DNA of 64,000 bases from Massalongia carnosa (taxonomy: Eukaryota): assembly GCA_965645245.1 (NCBI GenBank), contig OZ287074.1, forward strand, positions 1 through 64,000, in the 5' to 3' direction. Positions 23,701-35,147 of the stretch are shown here, one piece after another (the stretch's first letter is position 1; each line of letters starts with the position of its first letter). A program made the translations under genes and the position numbers. The notes beneath the pieces were generated by a model, which saw only the letters and a list, made by a program, of their open reading frames with translations, made no database searches and was not told where the DNA came from.

Positions 23701-24087
23701 ATACATACGCTTGATCCAACAATAGCACAGTCGGGTCCATTGCACAAAAACAGGTTGAACACGCACAAGCTGCTGAATAAGGCGCAAAGCTCCCTCGCAA
23801 TTCAAATTAGAACAGAGAAAATCGGGTTAGCGAGTTTTCTATTCAAACGCAAGGTGCCAGACATTGAGTCCGCGGCCTGCCTGTGCGGAAGCCGCTTTCA
23901 AACGGCGAAACATGTGATAATGTTCTGCGGATTGCATAATAGAATCGATATGTTGCGTGCAGCTGGCTCGCTGGATTATCAAAAACTGATAACAGACCCC
24001 AAAGCGATCAAAATAATCACTGCATGGCTTATGCGTACGGGCATACTAACACAGTACACCATTGCCGCGCAAATGACGGAGCAATAA
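20713..24087 (+). CDS. LINE ORF2 APE endonuclease-reverse transcriptase (1124 aa), no RNase H, C-terminal zinc finger
   Basis: LQYN, IQEPW, GDFNLHH, SDH; KAPGPDG, WRPIALL, GIPQGSPLSP, FVDD; CLCG..HVIMFC. Confidence 0.96.
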   Translation: MRDTNTLTILQYNVRKSAKGTLIPLLADEKTKNFDIIAIQEPWKNPTTALLLNPYQSGFHLLYKSGGDTRVCFYINEKIDPESWDVEYPTEDLCTLNIEIRIGSVLRKIHIHNIYNPSPLSISATDSPSTLPAALRQLNGPGEHILLGDFNLHHPHWGGARVRGQHEASEQLLDIIESKNLSLTLPRGTVTWEARNSFSTIDLVFMTEDLVERLEHCITVPELNQDSDHVPISTRLRLTCEPLTPPRRRAWKLLDMNKLREVERNAPTPRVVRGANEIDAYTADIQDYLKRIVQEAVPWAKPSPQAKSFWNRECEEATKETRRLRRIWTAERNLSDWKNYIRMNDKKQKIIGKARNLHFREQMAEVAASRTGLFRLAKWGKDRSDAPREIPKMPPLATAQNPNTIADTFEKRVNMLKKSFFPPPPNADLGDLVGYSYPPTPECPALITEKEVAAALRKPKPDKAPGPDGITNRILKACSENLIKLLTPLFQACVNEGYHPKVFKIANTITLKKPGKGNYTDPKAWRPIALLNTLGKALESIIARKISHLTEEFKLIPDTQMGARPGRGTETALELLTEQVHTVWNQGNDKVASLLSIDVSGAFDTVSHRRLIHNMRKRKIPEWIAKWTDSFLKERETTLTINQRTTNAFPLSIGIPQGSPLSPILYLFYNADLLDICNRPSTNAAGIGFVDDVNILTYGKSTEENCKTLKEIHENCERWAKRHGSVFAPHKYELIHLAKNPKKFNLEASFTVNGKLLNVTKSVRVLGVYIDTRLNWSAHYKEIQKKMTRQTRALTRIAAATWGATLLQARHVYTAVVRPAMTHGSLVWHTPEETQKHVKVTRKSKLEIVQNKCLRVVAGAYRATPIEVLQAETFICPLTQHLDHLQAKGRSRLQHNGQAKVIEQACEKIRTRLKGKRGRQRIIGETPGARRQRWVAKLTAEVSTKRKPKRTPPWEKAENAQEEKRAEYAALQRERDGIIAKRFKEKWKDKWIAYQSIHTLDPTIAQSGPLHKNRLNTHKLLNKAQSSLAIQIRTEKIGLASFLFKRKVPDIESAACLCGSRFQTAKHVIMFCGLHNRIDMLRAAGSLDYQKLITDPKAIKIITAWLMRTGILTQYTIAAQMTEQ

Positions 24088-26335
24088 TGAGAGGAGAATT
24101 GGTTTTTTCTTCTACTTATTTTCTTTTCTTCTCTTTTATTCTTGCACTTACTCAGGCGCATAACGGGTATAACGGGTTTCCCAAACCGTAGAGATCAACC
24201 CGGGGAAAGAGCGAGTCCTCTACAAACCTGGTACGCAGGAGCAGTTTTTTACCCGTTCGGGTTTTCTGCCTTTATATAGCCTATGTAGTATCTCCCGCAT
24301 GGGCCAGCTTCAGCTGGTGTCATATCGGCGTAAGAAAAATCAATCAATGTGCGCGGTGGCACCGGAGTCGATCAATAGATCGTGGGCATTCTTGGGACCT
24401 CGGTACAAATTTGCCACACAAATAAGCGGTGTTTCCTGGGTTCTTTTCCCGGAACATTCCCTTATTGTACAAACTATTTGGGGGTTTGAGGTTTTATTAC
24501 CTTCTTTGCTTTCACAAACGCGTTCCAGATGGCCAATCTTACTACACTTCCTACATGTAGCGTTGCTATGCCTGCATTTTCCGGAGTGATTATAACCACA
24601 GCATTTGCATTTGGTCTTACCCTGTTCGGTGGGGTTCTTCTTCCCCTTTGCCTTCAGCATGTTAGCTACGGCGACAGGGTCCTGGCGCATACGAGCCTCC
24701 TCGTCCTCCAGGTTTTTTAGTAAGTCATCCAACGCCGGGAATTTGTCCTCCCGCCGAGCTTGTTCGTTCAGGATGGTCAGGTAGGTGTTGAATGAACTGC
24801 CGAGTCCATTGAGGAGTTTGAGCACTACAATGTGCTCAACGGTCAGGGCCATGTCGATGATTTCGGCCTTGATATCCCTGACTAGGCTACCATACTCCTC
24901 GATGGTCTTGCATTTTTCATAGTTTATCTCCTCCAGCCGGTTGAATGTGCTCCATTTCGCACTCCAATTTCTGAGGGTGTATCGGGTTTCCAGGTGTTCC
25001 CAAAGGTCCTTCGGGTCCCAGATGCCCCCACTGGCTAGGTCTCTCATCGACAAGAATTCCTGTTGCACGTCATCTGTGCACATCTTGCCTATTTTACCAA
25101 CTACTCTCCTTTGTTTCTCCGAGAACTCTAGGCGTTCAAGGTCCCGTTTGTCCCGCTTTTCTAGCTGTTCCTCTGTTTCCTCCGGGGGTGTCTCATCAGC
25201 TTTTTGAGGCGGAGGGGGAATTTCTCGAGGCATTTTCCGAGCACCAGTCACGTAGTTCCAAAGTTCCGCCTCCTGCAGGGCGAAGGCCATGTCTCTGGAC
25301 CATTTCTTATAGTTTCCACTCCCCATTAGCTTTGGGAATGTGTATAGACTCTCCCCTTTGGCCATCGTGCTTAGGAGTAGGTGTTACTGAGCGGGAAAAA
25401 AAAAAGAGGGTCCCTTTGGTTGCTTGGATTTTTGAAGTGGGATATGAAAAGGAATATATATATAATATAAAAATGAGGTAGGTGGAAGAGGTGGAGGTGA
25501 GTTTGTTTGACAATCAATGTAGGGGCTTATTCAAACGTAGTAGAAGTGAGCCGGGCTCATAACCTATGAAATATAAATTCACTTTGTAGGTATAGTAGCA
25601 TGATTGTCATTGAAGGTAATTATCTATGTGGGCTATTTGTCTGCTTTATATAGCAGTCACAAAACAGTCACATCTAGGAGCCCTGACGGTCAGACCTTGT
25701 CCCCCTGACGGTCAGACCTTGTCTCCCATATCTGCTTTTTTCTTTTTTAGGCACATTGCAAGGCACCTCCCGAACTGCCTGTTAGGCACCTCCTATAGAT
25801 GCCTGGCAGGCACCCGTGGGACTCACGATGGATGCCTATATTAGTGGTCGTCTGACCATCTACCCGATGGTAGCCTTACCATTTAACATGAGTGAGAGTG
25901 CTTCAGCACAGATAAAGGCGGGATAGATCAAAGCAATCATGTTAAGGAAATTAGTATAGGAACTGAGATGGGGCAAGTCGAGAATAGGAGAGTTGAAAGC
26001 CATGGCTATAAAGTCTATGTGGTTTCCCAGGTGTTTAGAGCTCTTCATCGGACGTCTTATGTATTATCCTCACCTTCTAGTTTTAGCATATCTAGATATC
26101 CGTTCTGCAAGATAGAGTCTTGTATCTCTCCAGCCCTCCCCTGACAAAAGGCATCTAAATATTCTCGAAGGACGTCGTTGATATAGTGCTGAAAGGAGCC
26201 AGGCCCCCCTGAAAGTCCGAAAGGCAATACTTCATATTCGAAGAGACCGTACCTGGGCTTGAAAGCGGTCATCCATTCTTGCCCGCTCTGCATTCGTAGC
26301 ATGTTGAAAGCCGCGATGATGTCAAACTTAGAGAA

Positions 26336-26616
26336 TGTCACGCTTCTACTCGGCACTACTTCGGTAGACCGGAGCGGAACAAGCCACAAGCCGAAGTCAC
26401 GGGATCGCGTGTACGCGCTAGACTCATCGCGGCATTCACGGTTTCCATAGCTGGTCAATGCTCGAACCTTCCAGATCCTTCCACGAGTCGATTGAGGGCT
26501 AGGGGCCGCTGGACTATATAGGGGCGAGATTTGTGTTTCAATTGTTCTTTTCTTCTTCATCTTGATTGTATTCGTTTCTAGTGTCCCTATGACTTGTCTC
26601 TAGGTAGATCATAACA
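26336..26616. mobile_element. Solo LTR (281 bp), TSD GAGAA
   Basis: TGTCA...TAACA; GAGAA at 26331-26335 and 26617-26621; splits RT KAMIFS|KFDII. Confidence 0.9.
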
Positions 26617-27538
26617 GAGAAAATCATGGCCTTGGCAAGACGATCTAGTGTTTCTTGAATCAGTGGTATTGGATAGCGATTCTTGATCGTGATAACGTTC
26701 AGAGCTTGATAGTCTACACAGAACCGCAGTCCTCCCGATGGTTTTCGGGCGAATAACACGGGCGAGGAGCAGGGCGAGGAGCTGGCACGAATAAATCCTT
26801 TGGCTAGGTTTTCTTTCAAGTATTTCTGCAAGACTAGTAGTTCAGGAGCTGACATCTTGTACAACGGGCCTGACGAGGGTATGGCTCCATCCTTGAGAAC
26901 GATTTTATGATCGTAGGAGCGGTGCGGGGGTAGTTTATCGGCTTCTTGCTTGGAGAAGACGTCTAGAAGATCGTGAAATTCCACGGGCACTATACTGGCG
27001 TGATCGATAATTATCTTGGGCTTCAAGGACTTGGCGATATCTTCGAGGGACGAGGCGGAGAGATTGAATTTCTCTCTCGGATTTCTGAGTTGTTCAAGGG
27101 CTTTGTCAATTTCATACATGGAAGCGGTGAAGATTTCATTCTTCCGGTCCTTTATCAGGGTCGAGAATGGAGCGGCTCCAACCATGTAAATGCTCATCGG
27201 TGAGGGATCGGGAGATTCCGTGTAGACCATTATTGGTCGTGCGTTCGAGATCTGTGGCTCAAGAAGTGTTCGGGATTCAGGACTTAAAGGAGCGTACTTA
27301 AAGGAGCGTTTAATACACTGACTTCGAGAGTTCTAGGAGTTGAGCGAGAGACCTTGTTCTCACTGACTTTCAGGGTTTCAGGTGTTTTCATACAAGAGAC
27401 CTCGTTCTTGCGTGATTCGACGGTTTTCAGGGACAGGGACGAAGCGGACTCAGGAGTCCCTTCAGATGGATCAGGAAGGCCAGAAATGACAAGAGGGACG
27501 TGTTTATTCTCCAAACACTCCTGGAAACAATACGTGGA

Positions 27539-28565
27539 TGTAATGGGCTACGAGACCAGTAAGCTAATCACGAGCGACACTGATCTCGAAAGGGGAAATG
27601 CTCAGCGTGAGAGGAGGAAGATAGCTACTACGTGCTAGTCTCCGAGAGTATACGTGATCCAAAGAACTAATGGATGTGGAAGTGCTTAGACCAAGAGATC
27701 TCGTCCGAGACCCAAACGTAGGTTGTTCATAGAATAAAGACTAATTGCTAACGAATACTACAGGATTCGTTCTAGTATTTATCCTACTCACCCCAACCCT
27801 ATAGCCTTGGGAGCCTTGGAACCTTAGGAGCCTTGCAACCCACTTCTGACCTTATCGTCTTACATCTAACCATCCCTCAGGATCCATCTACGAACTCGGC
27901 GTTCGCTGGATCATCTAGTCAGCCTCGAGCAGCCTTCTAGACCTTCCCTTGCAAGGTAGAACACTTCTACCTCCGGCTAGATCCCTCACTACATTGCTAG
28001 CCTGCCTCTAAACATAAAGTCTAGACGCCGAGGCTATGTAGCTTCATTTCGCCGTCACCACTACCAACGTAGCGATGGAAGGTTACCTCCGACTGAATCT
28101 CTGTCTACACTGCGGACCTGCCTCTAGACACAAGGTCTAGACCACAAGGTCATGTAGGTTCACTCAGCCGACATCACTACCAACGTAGCAATAAAGGTGG
28201 AAGCTGAAGTTTACACCGGGGAGGCCGAGCTCAAGCTGCGTCCAGCTAGCCGTGCCTCCTGCTACAACTCTTGATCCATCCAGAGATCGAGTAGCTCCGA
28301 GTAGGCCAGTAGATTCCATATAGAGTTCACGGCTTCTCCTCAGGAGTTCGCCTTACTCCATGGCAATCTACCACCACGGCCTCGACAGGTGTTTGATCTA
28401 TAAGCAGTCTAGAACGTAGTAACAACTAATTCGGAGTTGTGTGGCAAGGTGGCGTCGTGTCAACCTCGACGGCTGTGCGACTAAGTACTACGGCCTGGCT
28501 CATGCTAGTTAATCCCGCAACCGCCGTAGGCGATCACGTTTACTTCTAGCGCCATCCGTATTACA
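27539..28565. mobile_element. Solo LTR (1027 bp), TSD GTGGA; same family as 13175-14204
   Basis: TGTAAT...ATTACA; GTGGA at 27534-27538 and 28566-28570. Confidence 0.94.
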
Positions 28566-29349
28566 GTGGACGAGAAGGTCAGGGTATTTTCAGTCCAGCT
28601 GACGGAGGGGTCATGAATTTGAAGCCACTTGACTCCCAGGACGATAGGATAATGACCCAGTTGGGTAACTAGAACGAGCCTTGCTCGGAATGACGGTTTA
28701 TTCGCATCCTTGACTTGATCAGATGAGTAAGTTTTCCGGCCGCCGCGGGGCGACCATCGACTACTTCGAGGATACGAGGACGGACAAGAGGGGTGAAAGG
28801 CAGCGAATTGTTTCGCGCGAAGGATGAATCAATGAATGCGTAGCTCGAGGCACCGCAATCACTCAAAGCATGGGTGTGTATAACTCGATTTTCCATAGAG
28901 AGTGCTATAGATATGACACAATGTCTACCGTCTAACGAATCTTCTGAGAGAGAAAAGGCTGAAATCGACACAGGGACCCCTTCTGAACGTCTTCGGGGGC
29001 GACTTAGCCCGAAGACGACGCGTTTTCCGAGACCTCAGCTAGAGAGGACTCGTTCAGCCGAGAGGTTCGCGGCTTGGTTTCTCCCTTTCGAGGGCAGACG
29101 GCCGCAAAATGTCCTGACCCCCCACAGTAGCGGCACAACCCTTCGTTCATCCGACGGGTGACTTCTGCTTGAAGTAACTTACCTCTGTGTGTGGCGGAGA
29201 GGTCTATTGGCTCGGTGGCCGGAAGGGGAGACGGGGAGGCGGCGGAAGAAGGGACGGATCGGGGGAGGGCGACTCCTCCCGACCGGGGGTTATGAAGGGG
29301 GGTCACCACACCAGAAGAAGGTGGGGTGGACCGGGGGGAGTATGGCTTC

Positions 29350-29541
29350 TGTCAAATTATAGGATAACTAATCCTAAACATCAGTGGTAACTCAGGATAA
29401 TATATCCGAAGGGTTATTCCGGCCCGACTAGACACGTGGCCTCCCCCCTTAGATAGATTCCCACTTTTCCACATCCTCCACAATACAATCAACATATACC
29501 CAATTCCCTGATTATGCCTTTTGACCCTTATATATTTGACA
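29350..29541 (+). mobile_element. Solo LTR of Copia family C (192 bp), TSD GCTTC
   Basis: Inverted near-copy of 34956-35147; GCTTC at 29345-29349 and 29542-29546; sits in Gypsy gag. Confidence 0.92.
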
Positions 29542-29942
29542 GCTTCCGGAGGGAAGCATTGACATTCCGTTGGCGGGTGTCTAGCCGTTGGAGGAGGGTC
29601 ACCAGTTCGTCGAGGTCCTCGGGAGTGATTTGGGTAACCATGAGCTGCTTCAGCTCGTCACTGATGCCTTCCAGCAGAGCTGAGCGCATTGCCTCCTCGT
29701 CGAAATTGGTATCCGGGGCAATACGCTGGAAGTCCGAGAGGTAGACATGGAATTCCTTGTTGGCCTGGCGCAGGGACCGCAGTTCCCGCTGTGCCGTGGC
29801 CTTTTTGTCCGGGTCCCCAATGGCCCTCTCCAATATAGCCAATAAGCCTGCCACATCGGGGATACTCACTTCGTTGTGAGACTTGACGTAGGGTTGCACT
29901 TGCGCCATGGCACGACCCTCTAAGCGGCTGATGGCGTATAGA

Positions 29943-30448
29943 ATAACTCCCGGAACCCATTTCCTTACCTGAATGCGGTTAGCTCCCAACTAAGTGAAAC
30001 GGGGAGACCTTCTCCCAGCAGGCATTCACTACTGGAAGATGGGATCCACAGGGGCTACACAACGTGATGGTCACAATAGAGGTACAAATAGGTAGGGTCG
30101 GGTCAAAGGGTAGACTAAATGCTACCCTTTTGAAGTGCTTGATCATTGATCTATATAGGATAGGACAATCCGTACCTTGCCCATAATACCTAGTATTTTT
30201 GGTCACCGAAACAATTCGGTCACCGAAAGACACGGGTAGATGAGACTAGGCAGGCGAGCTAGGGGAGGTGAGGCGAGGCGAGGGGATACTTCGTGTACTA
30301 CGAAATAATAAGTTAAGTCCCACACTATGCCTAACTGGGTTAGGTGGGACCTTATTGTCTTGGTGGTTGTTTTGGCTGTACATATCCCATATAGCCACAT
30401 AGGCCAGTCTTACGTTCAACGAACGCATACTAGGCCTACCCTATTACA
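29943..30448 (-). mobile_element. Probable LTR joining Copia C RNase H to mid-gag of the Gypsy relic
   Basis: Begins TGTAAT on the minus strand exactly where Copia C coding (KQATVTTSSTEA) stops; left end and TSD not resolved. Confidence 0.55.
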
Positions 30449-33400
30449 ACTGCCTCAGTGCTCGATGTGGTCACCGTTGCCTGTTTGCTTGCTTTCCATG
30501 CAACCGGTCCTCCGAACAGCGTCATTATATATCCTTGAGAACTTTTCCTATCCTTGTTGTCCGCGAAGGACGCGTCGCTAGCACATAGGAACCCTTATAT
30601 CCCTTCCTCTTGTTTTCCTTCATATTGAATCGCCAGGGTTTTGGTGGCGTATAGGTATTCTAGGACTCGCATCGCTGCCTGATGATGTTCATCGGAAGGA
30701 TTTATGGAGACTTGGGATAGTTTGGACACCGTGAATGCGATATCTGGTCTGGTGGTTATGGCTGCGAATAGGGCTGTTCCTATCCTTTGTTGATATAAGT
30801 GAATGGACTGATGGGAAGCTTTGTTTTCTGAGACTGTCTATTGAGTTGATATCATAGGAGTATCTGGTAGTTTCTTATCTAGTTGAACATTGAATTTATT
30901 AACCATCTTATCAATATAGACCTCTTGGGATAGCCATAGAAGTCGTTTAGACCTATCTCTTATGACTCTGATTCCTAAGAACCATTCGATTTCCCCCAGT
31001 GATTTCATGGTGTATATTCAACATAAATGCTCGATGGCTTTCAAGGCCTGACCCTCGATCGATTTGTGGTAACAAAATACCGTGTCATCCACATAATAGA
31101 ATACTAGGATTCCGCCTCTCATCATTATACATGATTCTTGAGGTATGGCCCTAAATTCCATAGATTGAAATGTTTTTGACAGATGCTTCTGCCATTGATA
31201 TGGTGACCGTCTCAGGCCGTAGAGTGCTTTTCTCAGTCTTAACACATATTTTTGTTTTAGACCACATCTCTGATTTAACCTCTTCCACCTTTGAGCTTTA
31301 CTGTCCGGGACTATACCGATTCAAGGGTGATCAGTCCTTGTCGACTAGTTCTCCAGAATGGTTTCTCACCTAGACTGGCCGCGTTTTCTCTTGGGTGTGA
31401 AGGCCTTCCTTTTACAGAAGTCATCATTTCACCAGGGGTCGCCGCTGTTTGGTCTTCTGATAGAGTCGTCCTCTTTTCAGTGCCCGCTCGCTCGACGGCG
31501 AATGCGAATGCCTACCTGTGAATGGATAATATGGTGGAATACGTATGCATACTACCTCGTCCAGCGGCCAGTTGACAAATGCATTTACTGCATCGAGTTG
31601 TCTAGTTTCTAGATCATACTTCGCAACTACGCCATCATGGACCTGAATGCTGAGCTGGCCAAAGTGGTCGCTCGTGTTGGTAGTTCCCCAACCTCTTGTT
31701 GATTCCCACATACTACTAATCTAGCTTTGCATTTTACCAAATAGCCATCACTGTCTGTCTTGTAGGTGAAAACCCACATGCAGTCCAGCACTTGTTGTCT
31801 TATGGTATGCTTGCTTTCGACTAGTTCAAACGTCTCCATCTTCTCATACTCACCGAGATGTTCTCTGATGGCATCGATGAAGTGAGACTCGAACATGTGA
31901 CCCTCCAGGTTACGTATGGTTTTGGGAGGTGGGGGTAGATTCAACTTATGGAACTTACTGAAAAACCGACCAGCGGCAAATGCCCCGAGTTCTGATGTTT
32001 GGATGCGTGGTGCTTCTTTATTGATATAGATATTATCGTCGAAGTCACATTGAGAGCCGCTTGCCTCATGTATATCTTCAATTTCTAACCGAGCATGAAG
32101 TGCCATGGCTAATTCGTCATCCTCATCTGGTGGTGGTGTTGGTAATCCACGTTCTTGTTCCTCTGCTTGGCGTAGATCCTCGATCAATTTGTCTGGTCTA
32201 TCAAGCCTATCGACGTCAGATATATCCTCTGCTTCATCATTATGATACTCCAGTATCTCCACATCTTCCTCTAAGATGCCTTCATTTATTGCTTCAGCCA
32301 CTGGCAACTCGATCCTATTAATGATGGTCTCTCTCTCTACTTCAGACGTTCCTTCTTCGGGTAACTGTCCTTCGTAGAATCTGGACTCATCGAATATCAC
32401 GTCTCGTGTGGAGATGACACCATGTCTTTCTGGTATCCACACTCTAAAGATATTCGTCGATCGGTATCCTACCAGGTGTCCTATATATGCACGGGGTTGG
32501 AGTTTCTGTCGTCTGTTCTTATGAAGTTGAGCGTCCTCAGTCATCGTATATGCACTGCAGCCATAGGCCTTTAAATGGGCCAATTGAGGTTTGGTTTTGT
32601 AGAATGTTTCGAACGGTGATTTCCAGGACTGAGCCTCTCTAGGAGTCCTATTATGTAAATACGTTGACGCATCTATTACCTCCTTCCAGAGATCTGATGG
32701 TAACTTAGCTCCTATTGACATCGCCCTCGCCTTCGTCACTATCACACCCCCTGAACGTTCCGCTACACCATTTTGTGCTGCAGTTCTGGGAGCGGAAGGT
32801 TCGAATTCTATCCCTACCGATGACAACCACTTGTTGGTACGCTTTCTATTCAACTCCAAATCTGACCGTATTCTTTCTATCAGTAGGTTCCGTTGCTTGC
32901 ACCAAGCCATTAGGTCTTTGAGAATCTTGAGGGTTTCTGACTCCTCTCCGTGTGTTGACATGAAATAAGGTATGACTAATCCAGTATATTTGTCTGTGAT
33001 AAACATTGTTCGTATAAAACCATCCATGGCCTTATCGAAATCCGTCCACTCTATGTGCAGTTCCTGGAATGGCTTCGTTACTTTTCTATTTCCTGGCCGA
33101 CGTGATATTTGTCTATGCATCTTTGCCAGACTACACGCCTCACACTGAGTGGTCGATGGCCCTAATAGTGTAACACCTAATGAGTTCTCTCCTAGTTTGT
33201 GAAGGCTTATTGGTCCAGGATGTCCCATACGACAATGCCAGATGAAGGCATCTCCCTTTGAGGAGGATCTAGGTTTTCCTGAACGACGACGAGGTATTGG
33301 AGTTATTAGCAACGTAGCCTTACTAGATGAATCTGACCTTTGGAATGCAGGAAGTTCGTCAACTTGATGAATCAGACAAATTGTCCTTCGTCCTTTATTA

Positions 33401-35147
33401 GTCTTCTTGTATAGAACATTCCTTTCCGTGTCCCAGTATATATCTCTCTTTCTTAGTTGTTGAAACGACACTAGATTTACCACGAAGTCCACACAATATG
33501 CCACGTTCGATAGTCTCATCACCCCCTCAGATTTATCTTCTCGGAGTATAGGTATTCTGACACTACCGTAACCAAGGATTGGAATCCTTGATGATCCGGC
33601 TTGTATGTATATGATCTTTGATGCTTTAGTGAAGTTCTGGAAACGAGCTATGTCATTGAAGACATGTATGGAGGCTCCGGAATCTAGGATGTCGTCAGGC
33701 CATGAAGAAGGAAGTGATGTTTCTGATTGATGATTTAGAAGGAATGCAGCGTCTATTGATTCGTCTTGATTCTGATGATCCACCGACGTTGATTCGTGAA
33801 GATCTTGGTGGTCCACCAACGATATTTGCTATGGTGGAATCTCCTCAACCTTCTTTTTATCCTTCCTTATCCTTTCGACTTCTTTTTTTAACTTCCTGTC
33901 CTTATCCACTCTATTGTTTACCTCTTTAGTTTTCCTTTTCCCTAGAGTGTAGTCATCTGGTTTCCCTTCTGGGAATATAAACCAACAGTTCTCGAGATCA
34001 TGGCCTGGTCTTTCACACGCAGGGCATATCTTATCGTGCCTTTTCCCTCCACGGTGAGATTGTTCAGTTGTATTTGCCCTCTTTCTCTTAGTGGCTGTAT
34101 TGGCTACTTCTTCTAGTAGGCCATCTTCGTCTTCGTCGTCCACTAACGTCTGGAACGCGGCTCCCCGGACCGTCTGCTTCACTCCATCTCTCAAGTATTC
34201 TCGGATTTCTCGTAGGACTTCTGGATATTGCGATATGTCATTTCTTGCGGCGTCGTTGCCTCTGGATCGAAGTGCATAGGATAGTTCTGGTGCGTGTGGT
34301 TTCATCCACGACGACATATTTCCAAGCCATATTCCGTGCTTGAACTCCGACAAATCGTGTTGTCGGGCCTTGGCTACTACCTTCTCCCACTTATCCAACT
34401 AGTCTAGTGGTTTCGCCTTCATCCTAAGCAACTTATCATATTTCTCCTTCGCCAACGCCATGGAATGTCCCGTCGGAGGTGCCATAAGGTTTCGTAAGAT
34501 AATGAGACACTCCTTTACTGACATACTCGCTTTCAGGCTCGTTCGGTTGTGATCGGAACTGTTTCTACCATGTGTTTTCTTATCGTCGTCAACGAGGTTT
34601 CTTGTCTTATATAGTCTTTCTGATCCGACTCGTAATGTTTTCTTGCATTATCGAACATTCGCTGATTTGCGGCTGAGAGTTTTGTGTATAGTGTCTCTCC
34701 TTGTACTATGTCTGCTACTACCGGCTTGTAGGGAGCTGCCGCAGGAAGAACAGTAGGTTGGTCTGGATCTGCCATATTCCAAAACTCGTTAGCTGATATC
34801 GTTTTCAATTCATCATACCACGTCTCCCAATCCTCTGATGTCGTCCTCATCGTTTTGGATTCTGCTGCCATTTTCGCGATTGCTGTCTCGTTGAATTTAA
34901 GAATCTAATGCTCTTGACGATTTGCGGTGTCTTTACGACTATCCGGGCTCATAACTGTTAAATATATAAGGGTCAAAAGGCATAATCAGGGAATTGGGTA
35001 GATGTTGATTGTATTGTGGAGGATGTGGAAAAGTGGGAATCTATCTAAGGGGGGAGGCCACGTGTCTAGTCGGGCCCGGATAACCCTTCGGATATATCAT
35101 CCTGAGTTACCACTGATGTTTAGGATTAGTTATCCTATAATTTGACA
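30449..35147 (-). mobile_element. Copia family C, degenerate; 5' LTR 34956-35147, truncated in RNase H
   Basis: PBS GTTATGAGCCC; gag CPACERPGH, protease ILDSGAS, integrase WHCRMGH..CEAC and NGVAER, RT KARLV, LRKALYGL, YVDD; several stops and frameshifts. Confidence 0.92.

Larger units (their letters stand above)
18850..24345 (+). mobile_element. Full-length intact Tad1-like LINE (family 1), 14-bp TSD AATGTGCGCGGTGG
   Basis: TSD at 18836-18849 and 24346-24359; two open ORFs overlapping at ATGA; short A/AATC tail. Confidence 0.96.
16606..25365 (-). pseudogene. Copia A gag-protease-integrase polyprotein (25365-24346 and 18835-16606)
   Basis: gag 25365-24340, protease DSGATAH split by the LINE, integrase WHERLGH..CGSC, VHSD, RADGGGEY, NGKAER; ITGRWVLK jumps to the VADGLTK tail. 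Confidence 0.9.
16231..25888 (-). mobile_element. Copia family A, copy 2: two 324-bp LTRs (25565-25888 and 16231-16554), TSD TGAGT, RT/RNase H deleted, interrupted by a LINE
   Basis: LTRs differ at one base by eye; TGAGT at 16226-16230 and 25889-25893; PBS and purine tract present. Confidence 0.95.
16053..26146. mobile_element. Solo LTR (about 430 bp; halves 16053-16230 and 25894-26146) split by Copia A copy 2, TSD AAAGG
   Basis: TGTCA...TGACA ends; AAAGG at 16048-16052 and 26147-26151; excision restores the Gypsy RT frame. Confidence 0.85.
15515..29945 (-). mobile_element. Gypsy/Ty3 relic (gag, protease, RT) fragmented by five direct insertions
   Basis: gag YAISRLEGRA and CRYCGGSGHFAAVC, protease ALSDCGAS, RT GGLRFCVDY, YPIPLI, KFDIIAAF, LPFGL. 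Removing the solo LTRs restores DAFCTTYIDDIFVY (YIDD about 15525-15540). Confidence 0.9.

Noticed and set aside
26057..26146. Chromodomain-like peptide after the Gypsy RT fragment
   Set aside because: The sequence belongs to the TSD-bounded solo LTR; the RT continues at 16052.
13175..28565. One 15-kb LTR element bounded by the two 1-kb LTRs
   Set aside because: Each LTR has its own TSD (ATAGA and GTGGA), so they are independent solo LTRs.
29350..35147. Element with 192-bp terminal inverted repeats
   Set aside because: The left repeat is a solo LTR with its own GCTTC TSD; the right one is the 5' LTR of Copia C.
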